This document shows, piece after piece, positions 16,860 through 24,000 of a stretch of DNA of 24,000 nt; within the stretch, counting starts at the first letter, position 1, and each line of letters opens with the position of its first letter. The DNA is from Geminicoccaceae bacterium (GTDB lineage Bacteria; Pseudomonadota; Alphaproteobacteria; Geminicoccales; Geminicoccaceae): the NCBI GenBank assembly GCA_025999455.1, contig AP024683.1:2520451-2544450 (forward strand), written 5' to 3'. A model generated the notes under the pieces. The model did not search any database. It saw only the letters and a program-made list of their open reading frames with translations, and was not told the DNA's origin. The translations under genes were made by a program, and so were the position numbers.

Positions 16860-17758
16860 ACCGCGTCGCACCGCTCGAGGTCGCCGTCGCGGTCGTCCGT
16901 GACGGCGCCGGGCGGGTGCTCGTGGCGGAGCGGACACCGCGACAGATCGCGGGCGGCTATTGGGAGTTGCCCGGCGGCAAGATCGAGGCCGGGGAGACGC
17001 CGGAGCAGGCCGCGCGCCGTGAACTCTTCGAGGAAGCGGGGTTGCGCGCCGAAATCCTGCGTCCTTGGATCTCCTACGACTACGCGTTCCCCACGCGGTC
17101 CGTCCGGCTCCACATTTTCTCGGTCGAGCGCTATTCGGGCACGCCCGAAGGGCGCGAGGGCAACCGGCTCGCCTGGGTCGATCCGGCGCGGCCCGCGGTC
17201 GGCCCGATCCTCCCCTCCAATCGACGCGCCTTCGCCTTGTTGGCGCTGCCGTCGGTCTTCGTGCGGGTGTGTCCCGGCGACGCCGCGCTCGCCGCGGTCC
17301 GCGGTTTCGAGCCCGGCGAGGGTCTCCTCCTCGGTCGGAGCGGTAGTCCCGGCCAACGTGTGCAAACCGCCCGGCGGCTCGCGGCCGGTGGGGCTCGGGT
17401 CCTCCTCGAGGGTACGCCGCTCGAGGCGATCCAAGCGGGTGCGAGCGGGCTCGTGAGCCCCTGGCCGGAGTGGCACCGCTTCGCCGGCCGGCCGCCGGTC
17501 GATCTCTGGGCGGTTCGGTGCGCCGGGCCGGCCGAGCTCGACCTGGCCGCCCGGCTCGACGCCGACTTCGGGATCCTTCCCTCGGCCGCGGCCCGCGACT
17601 TGGCGCCACCGGGGGCTCCCTTGCCCGTCTTCCTCGAAGGTACGGATCTGCGATCGGTCGAGCGCGCCCGCGCCCTCGGCGTGTTCGGTGTGGTCCTCGA
17701 CGGAACCGCTCCGGCGACCGCCCGGAGCGTCGGCGATTGGCAGGAATCCAGGCGATGA
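16856..17758 (+). CDS. Nudix hydrolase (MutT-like) fused to a TenI/ThiE-like C-terminal domain
   Basis: 300 aa. Intact Nudix box 'GGKIEAGETPEQAARRELFEEAGL' (Gx5Ex7REUxEExGU). The C-terminal 170 aa or so follows the layout of the MutT-TMP-synthase-like fusions of proteobacteria (linker 'LPSVFVRVCPG', 'DADFGILPSAA', 'PVFLEGT'). GTG 16856 overlaps the acRAF stop (GTGA), and the stop overlaps the SulP ATG (ATGA). Confidence 0.8.
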   Translation: MNRVAPLEVAVAVVRDGAGRVLVAERTPRQIAGGYWELPGGKIEAGETPEQAARRELFEEAGLRAEILRPWISYDYAFPTRSVRLHIFSVERYSGTPEGREGNRLAWVDPARPAVGPILPSNRRAFALLALPSVFVRVCPGDAALAAVRGFEPGEGLLLGRSGSPGQRVQTARRLAAGGARVLLEGTPLEAIQAGASGLVSPWPEWHRFAGRPPVDLWAVRCAGPAELDLAARLDADFGILPSAAARDLAPPGAPLPVFLEGTDLRSVERARALGVFGVVLDGTAPATARSVGDWQESRR

Positions 17759-20034
17759 GCGACGGAACCGTCACGGCCGTCCGCCGCACCGCGCTCGAGC
17801 TGCCCGCGAGCGGCCTCGCCGGGCTCAAACATTGGCGCTACGATCTCGTGGCCGGGCTGCAGGTGGCGCTCCTTTGGACGCCCTTCTCGCTCGGTGTCGC
17901 CCTCGCTTCCGGTGCGCCCGCGGTCGCCGGACTCATTTCGGCGATCGTCGCCGGGCTGTTGTTCCCGTTCCTGGGCGGCTCGCACGTCACGGTCAGCGGG
18001 CCGGCCGCCGCCCTCGCACCCATGGTGCTCTGGGGTATCCTGACCTTGGGTCACGGCGACCTCGCCGCCGGTTACCCGCTCGTGCTCGTGGCGATCGTGC
18101 TCACCGGTGTGCTGCAGATCGTCTTGAGCCTGTTCCGCGCCGGCCAGTATGCGGCGCTCCTGCCGACGACGGTGGTCGAAGGGATGCTGGCGGCGATCGG
18201 AATCATCATCATCGTCCGCCAGATCCCACCGCTTCTGGGCGCCGAATCGGTCGCCGCCAAATCGGTCCTCGTCGCGATCCTCGCGCTCCCCCAGCAGCTC
18301 GCGACCGCGAAGCCCGTGATCGCCCTCGTCGGCATCACGAGCCTCGCGCTCATGTTCTTGTTGAATCTGCGCTCGAGCGGCTTCTGGAAGCGGGTGCCGG
18401 CGGCCATCATCGTCACCGTCTTCGGTATCGCCGTGGGCTTCCTGCTCGATCTCGACGCGAGCCTGCGGATCCGGATGCCCGAGAGCTTCCTCGACGCGCT
18501 GCATCTGCCGGACTTCGCCGGTATGCTCGCCCGCCCCGACCTCTGGGGCTCGCTCTTGATCGTGGTCGTGACCTTCACGTTGATCGACGGGGTGGAATCG
18601 GTCGCGAGCGTCAAGGCCGTCGACCGGCTCGATCCGTGGCGGCGCGTCTCCGACCCGAACAAGACCTTGCGCGCCATGGGCGTGTGCAACCTCTGCTCGG
18701 GCATGCTCGGCGGGCTCACGATCATCCCGAACGCCGTGCCCTCGCGGGCCAACATCGACGCCGGCGCCCGCACGCTCTGGTCGAACCTCTTCAGCGGGCT
18801 CTTCCTTTTGCTGTTCACCCTCGCCCTGCCCTGGTTGCTCGCCCGCATCCCGCTCGCCTCGATCGCCGGCGTGCTCGTCTACATAGGTTGGCGGCTGTGC
18901 GAGCCCGCCCTCTTCGCCCGGATGCGCGCGCTGGGGCTCGATCGGTTCATCGTCTTCGTCGGCACCGTGGTCGCGATCTTGATGACCGACCTCCTGGTCG
19001 GGATGCTCGTCGGCATCGCGATCGAGCTCCTCCTGCTCGTCTATCTCTTGATGCCGTCCTTCCGCTACGTGCTCACCGGCCGGCTCGAGCTCGGCACGGC
19101 GATGGGCCTCCTCGCCCGCAACTTCGCCGGCCTCTTCAAGAGCCCGATCATCAAGGCGCGGGTCGAGGGTGACGGCCCGGATCGCCAGCACGTGCTGACG
19201 ATGGGCTCGCTCGTCGGCTTCAACCTCCTGCCCTTCGAGAAGACGGTGAAGGCGATCCCGCCGCGCGAGCCGCTCACGCTCCGTTTCACCGAGTCGGCGC
19301 GGATCGTCGACCACACGGCGGTCGAGTTCCTCCAGCATCTCGAAGAGGAATCCGCGACCGCCGATCGCCGGTTCACGATCGAGGGGCTCGAGAGCTTCTT
19401 CCGCTTCTCGTCGCACCCGGCCGCGACCCGCATGCAGGACACCCGGATCGGCCAAGTGCGTGCCGAATGCGACGCGCGCGCCCGCGAGATGGCCGAACTC
19501 GCCGCCCGCCTCGGCCTCGCCTTCGAGGGCGAGACACGCGCCACGATCAACCGCTGGGATTTCATCTATCTGCGCCGCGGCGAGCAGCGGCAGGACACCA
19601 ACGTGCTCACCGGCCCCTGGGGCGGCGGCCGGATCCGCATCGTCGATTACGGCCACACGGCCGCGCCCGACTATCACGTGGTCCACCGCCACACGCTCTT
19701 GATCTTCGAGCCGGCCGAGGGTGCCGCGCGCGAGCCCGATCTCGTGATCACGCCGGGCCACTACATGGAGCGCTACATGACGCTCCTCGAGGAACGGCCG
19801 GTCGCCGCTCTGCCCCCGCCGCACCGGCTCTACCTCGCCCCGGGGCTCCCGGCCGAGGCGGTCGCGATCCCGCCCGCCTGGCGGAGTGCGCTCGCGGAGC
19901 TCGGTCCGCTCTACCTCGAGCGGCGGCGCGGCTCGCTCCTCGTCTTCGCCCCGTTCCGGGCGCTCGAGCCGGTCGAGCGGATCGAAGCCCTCGCCCGCGC
20001 CTTCCGCGCCGAGCGCGAGGCCGCCGCGGCCTGA
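17755..20034 (+). CDS. SulP/SLC26-family anion transporter with STAS-like domain and about 200-aa uncharacterised C-terminal extension (candidate bicarbonate transporter)
   Basis: 759 aa from ATG 17755. SulP core: 'DLVAGLQVALLWTPFSLGVALASGAP', 'GGSHVTVSGPAAALAPMV', 'LIDGVESVASVKAVD', 'NLCSGMLGGLTIIPNAVPSRANIDAGART'. STAS-like segment at about residues 465-560 ('LTLRFTESARIVDHTAVEFLQHL'). Residues from about 563 to 759 (19441-20031) match nothing I recognise. The longer 854-aa ORF start at 17470 is out-of-frame overlap with the Nudix gene. Confidence 0.85.
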   Translation: MSDGTVTAVRRTALELPASGLAGLKHWRYDLVAGLQVALLWTPFSLGVALASGAPAVAGLISAIVAGLLFPFLGGSHVTVSGPAAALAPMVLWGILTLGHGDLAAGYPLVLVAIVLTGVLQIVLSLFRAGQYAALLPTTVVEGMLAAIGIIIIVRQIPPLLGAESVAAKSVLVAILALPQQLATAKPVIALVGITSLALMFLLNLRSSGFWKRVPAAIIVTVFGIAVGFLLDLDASLRIRMPESFLDALHLPDFAGMLARPDLWGSLLIVVVTFTLIDGVESVASVKAVDRLDPWRRVSDPNKTLRAMGVCNLCSGMLGGLTIIPNAVPSRANIDAGARTLWSNLFSGLFLLLFTLALPWLLARIPLASIAGVLVYIGWRLCEPALFARMRALGLDRFIVFVGTVVAILMTDLLVGMLVGIAIELLLLVYLLMPSFRYVLTGRLELGTAMGLLARNFAGLFKSPIIKARVEGDGPDRQHVLTMGSLVGFNLLPFEKTVKAIPPREPLTLRFTESARIVDHTAVEFLQHLEEESATADRRFTIEGLESFFRFSSHPAATRMQDTRIGQVRAECDARAREMAELAARLGLAFEGETRATINRWDFIYLRRGEQRQDTNVLTGPWGGGRIRIVDYGHTAAPDYHVVHRHTLLIFEPAEGAAREPDLVITPGHYMERYMTLLEERPVAALPPPHRLYLAPGLPAEAVAIPPAWRSALAELGPLYLERRRGSLLVFAPFRALEPVERIEALARAFRAEREAAAA

Positions 20035-20089
20035 GGGCGCGCTCGCGCGGCGCGGAGATCGACGAGACGATCGATCGGCGGTCGACGCC

Positions 20090-20743
20090 TCAGTCCTTCG
20101 GCCGGAGCGCGGCGATCGCCTGCGCGTAGGGCGGACGGCCGAAGACCGCGGAGCCGGCCACGAGCACGCTCGCGCCCGCCTCGATCACGAGCGGGGCCGT
20201 CTCGGGGGTGATCCCGCCGTCGACTTCGATCCGGATCGGCCGATCACCGATCATGGCCCGGACCCGACGGATCTTGTCGAGCTGAGAGGCCAGGAACTTC
20301 TGGCCGCCGAAGCCCGGGTTCACCGTCATGACGAGCACGAGGTCGATCTGATCGAGGACGTAGGCGACGGCAGACTCCGGGGTCGCCGGGTTCAGCGACA
20401 CCCCGGCCGCCTTGCCGAGACCGCGGATCACCTGGAGCGTGCGATCCAGATGTTTACACGCCTCGGCGTGGACGATGATCCGATCGGCGCCGGCTTTGGC
20501 GAAGGCCTCGAGATAGGGATCCGCCGGCTCGATCATCAAATGGGTGTCGAAGCATTTCTTCGACCAGGGCCGGATCGCCTTCACGACGTCCGGCCCGAAG
20601 GTGATGTTGGGCACGAAATGGCCGTCCATCACGTCGAGATGGATCCAATCCGCCCCGGCCTCGTCGACCGCGCGGACCTCCTCGCCGAGCCGGGCGAAGT
20701 CGGCGGAGAGGATGGAGGGTGCGATCAGGACCTCGCGTCTCAC
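20090..20743 (-). CDS. rpe: ribulose-phosphate 3-epimerase
   Basis: 217 aa. '[17 protein letters not shown]', '[16 protein letters not shown]', '[12 protein letters not shown]', 'IEVDGGI'. GTG start 20743 overlaps the cbbX stop (GTGA). Confidence 0.93.
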   Translation of the reverse strand: MRREVLIAPSILSADFARLGEEVRAVDEAGADWIHLDVMDGHFVPNITFGPDVVKAIRPWSKKCFDTHLMIEPADPYLEAFAKAGADRIIVHAEACKHLDRTLQVIRGLGKAAGVSLNPATPESAVAYVLDQIDLVLVMTVNPGFGGQKFLASQLDKIRRVRAMIGDRPIRIEVDGGITPETAPLVIEAGASVLVAGSAVFGRPPYAQAIAALRPKD

Positions 20744-21636
20744 GCGGCGCGCTCCCCGGGGCTGGCGGCGAGGACCCGGCTCGCCAGGATCTCTTCGGGT
20801 CCGATCGTCTGCGGATCCTCGACGGTCAAGGCCTTGCCGTGGCTCTCGAAGAGCCGGACGGCTCGGCGCAGCCGCGCCCGGTCGAGGGCGTTGCGGACCG
20901 ACCGGGCGTTGGCGAAGTGCGGTTGCCGCATCCGCGCGTCGAGATAGCGCGCGAAGGCGGCCCGTCCCTCCGGGCTGAAGCGGTAATTCTGTTCGGCGAG
21001 CATGAGCTCGGCGATCGCCAGGAGCTCGTCCTTGGTGTAGTCGGGAAACTCGACGTGGTGGGCGATGCGCGAGCGCATCCCGGGATCGGCCCGGAAGAAC
21101 CGCTCCATCCGGACGGGATGCCCGGCCAAGATCACGACGAGATCGTCGCGCTTCGTCTCCATCACCTGGAGCAGGAACTCGATCGCCTCTTTGCCGTGGC
21201 CGGGCTCGTCCTCCGGTCGGTCGAGGTGACAGGCCTGGTCGACGAACAGCACCCCGCCCATCGCTTTTTCGAGCAGCTCCTTGGTCTTGGGTGCCGTGTG
21301 GCCGCCAGGCTGGCCGACCAGATCCTCGCAGGCGACCGAGACGAGGCGGTTCGTTCGGACGTAGCCGAGCCGGTGCAGGATCTCGGCCATCCGCTGGGCG
21401 ACCGTCGTCTTGCCGGTGCCAGGATTACCGATGAAGGCCATGTGCAAGCTCGGCGGGCGGCTCGTGAGGCCGAGCTCGCGCCGCAGCTTGTCGACCAGGA
21501 GAAGGGCCGCGATCTCGCGGATCCGCCGCTTGACGGGGGCGAGCCCGACGAGCTGGCGATCGAGCTCGTCGAGCACCTCCCCCACGCCCGAGGAGCGGAA
21601 CGCCGCTTCGAGGTCGACCGTCGCGATCGAGGTCAC
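20740..21636 (-). CDS. cbbX: CbbX-type AAA+ protein (red-type RuBisCO activase family) with atypical Walker B and pore loop
   Basis: 298 aa from GTG 21636 (GAGGGG upstream). '[28 protein letters not shown]', Walker A '[11 protein letters not shown]', '[11 protein letters not shown]', '[10 protein letters not shown]', '[13 protein letters not shown]', '[20 protein letters not shown]'. Walker B reads '[10 protein letters not shown]' rather than the family 'LFIDEAYYL'. The upstream 104 codons of the 402-aa ORF have no CbbX-like sequence. Confidence 0.88.
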   Translation of the reverse strand: MTSIATVDLEAAFRSSGVGEVLDELDRQLVGLAPVKRRIREIAALLLVDKLRRELGLTSRPPSLHMAFIGNPGTGKTTVAQRMAEILHRLGYVRTNRLVSVACEDLVGQPGGHTAPKTKELLEKAMGGVLFVDQACHLDRPEDEPGHGKEAIEFLLQVMETKRDDLVVILAGHPVRMERFFRADPGMRSRIAHHVEFPDYTKDELLAIAELMLAEQNYRFSPEGRAAFARYLDARMRQPHFANARSVRNALDRARLRRAVRLFESHGKALTVEDPQTIGPEEILASRVLAASPGERAA

Positions 21637-21806
21637 CGTCGGATTCCCCTCTCGAAAACGGCCCGTGCGCCGCTCGCTCGGGCTTCGGGCGCCGCAGCAC
21701 CACCCGGCCGGCCGGATCGATACCGTCGCCCCGTGGCGCCTCGCCGGAGTTGCCACCCGGGCGCTCGGCGACCGATCCGCCCTCGACCCCTTCCCCGATC
21801 GACGGC

Positions 21807-22892
21807 TCAGGCGGCCATGGCGCGGACCGGGGTGATCTTCGGGTCGAGCTCGCCCGAGGCGTAGCGCTTGGCCATGGCCGAGAGCGGCAAGGGCTTGATC
21901 TTCGGGGCTTGACCGGCCGTGCCGAACTCCTCGAAACGCTGTGCGCACAGCTTCGTGAGCGCCGCCATCGCGGGCTTCAAGAAGTTGCGCGGGTCGAACT
22001 CGCTCTTCTTCTGCATCGCCACGCGGCGGAACTCGGCGGTCATGGCGATCCGGCAGTCGGTGTCGATGTTCACTTTCCGCACGCCGTGCTTGATGCCGAG
22101 CTGGATCTCCTCGACCGGAACCCCCCAGGTCTGGGGCATCTCGCCGCCGAACTCGTTGAAGAGATCCTGGAGCTCCTGCGGCACCGAGCTCGAGCCGTGC
22201 ATGACGAGATGCGTGTTCGGCAGCCGCTCGTGGATCGCCTTGACGACGTCCATGGCGAGGATGTCGCCCGTGGGCTTGCGCTTGAACTTGTAGGCGCCGT
22301 GACTCGTGCCGATCGCGACCGCGAGCGCGTCCACACCGGTGGCGGCCACGAACTCGCGGGCCTGGTCGGGGTCCGTCAGAAGCTGCTTCTTGTCGAGCTT
22401 GCCGGTCGCCCCGTGGCCGTCCTCGGCCTCACCCTCGCCGGTCTCGAGGGAACCCAGACAACCGAGCTCGCCCTCGACCGAGACGCCCACCCAATGCGCC
22501 ATTTCGACGACCCGGCGGGTCACGGCGACGTTGTACTCGTAGGAGGCCGGCGTCTTGCCGTCCTCCTCGAGGCTGCCGTCCATCATCACGCTCGTGAAGC
22601 CGTGCTGAATGGCGGAAAGGCAGGTCGCGGGCTTGTCGCCGTGGTCGAGATGCAGGCAGACGGGGATGTCGGGCCAGGTCTCGACGGCCGCCTTCACCAT
22701 CGCCGCCAAGATCGTGTCGCCGGCATAGGCGCGCGCCCCGCGCGAGGCTTGCAGGATCACGGGCGAGGCGGTCTTGGCGGCCGCCTCCATGATCCCCCGC
22801 AGTTGCTCCATGTTGTTGATGTTGAAGGCCGGGACCCCGTAGCCGTGCTCGGCGGCGTGGTCCAGGAGCTGGCGCAGCGTGATGAAGGCCAT
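21807..22892 (-). CDS. fba: class II fructose-1,6-bisphosphate aldolase (Calvin-cycle type, CbbA)
   Basis: 361 aa from ATG 22892 (GGAGG 6 nt upstream). '[30 protein letters not shown]', 'PVCLHLDHG', '[10 protein letters not shown]', '[10 protein letters not shown]'. The longer 596-aa ORF upstream part is spurious overlap with tkt. Confidence 0.93.
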   Translation of the reverse strand: MAFITLRQLLDHAAEHGYGVPAFNINNMEQLRGIMEAAAKTASPVILQASRGARAYAGDTILAAMVKAAVETWPDIPVCLHLDHGDKPATCLSAIQHGFTSVMMDGSLEEDGKTPASYEYNVAVTRRVVEMAHWVGVSVEGELGCLGSLETGEGEAEDGHGATGKLDKKQLLTDPDQAREFVAATGVDALAVAIGTSHGAYKFKRKPTGDILAMDVVKAIHERLPNTHLVMHGSSSVPQELQDLFNEFGGEMPQTWGVPVEEIQLGIKHGVRKVNIDTDCRIAMTAEFRRVAMQKKSEFDPRNFLKPAMAALTKLCAQRFEEFGTAGQAPKIKPLPLSAMAKRYASGELDPKITPVRAMAA

Positions 22893-22909
22893 GACGATCC
22901 TCCGAATGA

Positions 22910-24000
22910 TCAGGCGGCCGGAGCGAGCCCGAGCTTGCGCTCGGCCAGGCTCACGAGCGCGTCGACGGTGATGCCGTAGGCGCGGAAGAGGTCGGCGGCG
23001 GGCGCCGAGGCACCGAAGCTGCGCACGGCGACGACGTCCTCCTCGCTGCCGACGTAGCGGGCCCAGCCGAAAGGCGAGGCCGCCTCGATCGCGATCCGCG
23101 GCGCCTCCCCCAGCACCGTGGCGCGGTAGGCGGGCGGCTGGGCGTCGAACAGCTCGAAGCAGGGCAAGGAGACGACCGCGGTCGGCACGCCGCGCGCTTC
23201 GAGCCGCGCCCGCGCCTCGAGCGCCAGATGGACCTCCGAGCCGGTCGCGAGGATCGTGAGCGCACGCGCGCCACCGGTGGCCTCGGCCAAGACGTAGCCG
23301 CCCTTGGCGCAGAGGTTCCCCTCGCTCGGCTCGGTCCGCACGGCCGGCACGTTCTGGCGCGTGAGCGCGAGGATCGAGGGGGTCTTGCGCTGCGAAAGGG
23401 CCAGTTCCCAGCACTCCGCCGTCTCGACCGCATCGGCCGGGCGGAAGACCAAGAGGTTCGGGATCGCCCGGAGCGAGGCCAGATGCTCGACGGGCTGATG
23501 CGTCGGCCCGTCCTCTCCGAGGCCGATGCTGTCGTGGGTCATGACGTAGACGACCCGCAGCCCCATGAGTGCCGAGAGCCGGATGCTGTTGCGGCAATAG
23601 TCCGAGAAGACGAGGAAGGTGCCGCCGTAGGGCACGAGCCCCTCGTGCAGCGCGATGCCGTTCATGATCGCGGCCATCGCGTGCTCGCGCACGCCGTAAT
23701 GGACGTAGCGGCCGCCGAATTCCCCCGGGCGGATCGGCTTCGTGGCCTTGGTGATCGTGTTGTTCGAATGGGTGAGGTCGGCCGAGCCGCCGACGAGCTC
23801 GGGCACCGCTTCCGTCAAGGCCTCGAGGGCCGCCTCGGACGCCTTGCGGGTGGCCATCGTGGGCTTGCTCGCGAAGAGCTTGGCCTTGTGGGCGGCGATC
23901 GCGGCTTCGACCTCGGCCCCGATCTCGCCCGCGATCGCCTTGACGAACGCCGCCCGGACCGCGGCCGGTGCCGCCTCGAGCCGCGCCTTCCAGGCGGCCC
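22910..24000 (-). CDS. tkt: transketolase (C-terminal about 360 aa; 5' end lies beyond the window)
   Basis: '[31 protein letters not shown]', '[21 protein letters not shown]', '[18 protein letters not shown]', '[30 protein letters not shown]'. The frame stays open and transketolase-like upstream of the ORF-track Met (23857) to position 24000. The stop lies 17 nt before the fba start. Confidence 0.9.
   Translation of the reverse strand, partial: AAWKARLEAAPAAVRAAFVKAIAGEIGAEVEAAIAAHKAKLFASKPTMATRKASEAALEALTEAVPELVGGSADLTHSNNTITKATKPIRPGEFGGRYVHYGVREHAMAAIMNGIALHEGLVPYGGTFLVFSDYCRNSIRLSALMGLRVVYVMTHDSIGLGEDGPTHQPVEHLASLRAIPNLLVFRPADAVETAECWELALSQRKTPSILALTRQNVPAVRTEPSEGNLCAKGGYVLAEATGGARALTILATGSEVHLALEARARLEARGVPTAVVSLPCFELFDAQPPAYRATVLGEAPRIAIEAASPFGWARYVGSEEDVVAVRSFGASAPAADLFRAYGITVDALVSLAERKLGLAPAA

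Noticed and set aside
19468-19482. 'CDARAR' in the SulP C-terminal extension as a possible beta-carbonic-anhydrase CxDxR motif (SulP-CA fusions exist)
   Set aside because: The spacing is C-D-A-R, not C-x-D-x-R. This is the only Cys in the extension and no HxxC motif follows, so a beta-CA domain is not supported.
17131-19824. 897-aa minus-strand ORF antisense to the Nudix and SulP genes
   Set aside because: The plus strand encodes a coherent multi-TM SulP protein. The antisense product is a highly charged, low-complexity sequence (runs of D/E/R/H/G) with no domain signature.
20035-20089. Possible bidirectional terminator between the convergent SulP and rpe genes
   Set aside because: Only short, imperfect GC palindromes are present (for example cgcgc-tc-gcgcg and gatcgatc). 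Their loops are too small and no T-tract follows, so I could not support a specific hairpin call.
21637-21806. The fba-cbbX intergenic region as a possible remnant (pseudogene) of cbbL/cbbS
   Set aside because: It is only 170 bp. None of the six frames shows any RuBisCO large- or small-subunit motif. The open frame running through it (part of the 402-aa ORF) is Arg/Gly/Pro-rich and unrecognisable.

Overview
High-GC (roughly 70% by eye) proteobacterial chromosome segment dominated by autotrophic carbon-fixation genes.

- **Left part (1-8.8 kb):** a VOC-family gene; a tightly packed glycosyltransferase-desaturase-methyltransferase lipid-modification operon; a Tat-exported SMP-30/gluconolactonase-like protein; a 1158-aa fused indolepyruvate:ferredoxin oxidoreductase; and a small heptad-repeat coiled-coil protein.
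- **Centre (8.9-20.0 kb):** cbbR lies divergent from a complete alpha-carboxysome operon, cbbL-cbbS-csoS2-csoS3(csoSCA)-csoS4A-csoS4B-csoS1-csoS1. After a perfect 13-bp stem-loop comes an accessory tail: acRAF (PCD-like), a Nudix/TenI-like fusion and a SulP transporter. Five of the ten gene junctions are overlapping stop/start codons.
- **Right part (20.1-24.0 kb, minus strand):** a convergent Calvin-cycle operon, tkt (cbbT, 5' end outside the window)-fba (cbbA)-cbbX-rpe (cbbE).

Most noteworthy observations:
1. The cbbX AAA+ activase has a natural Walker-B Glu->Gln and lacks the pore-loop Tyr.
2. The RuBisCO genes that normally sit between cbbA and cbbX are absent, so a red-type activase is orphaned next to a green-type form IA carboxysomal RuBisCO.
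3. The SulP transporter that ends the carboxysome operon carries an unrecognisable extension of about 200 aa after its STAS domain.
4. A Nudix/TenI-like fusion is translationally coupled inside the carboxysome operon.

No tRNA/rRNA, CRISPR, transposase or integrase was seen. All identifications come from motif-level reading of the supplied translations and the DNA. No database search or computation was possible.
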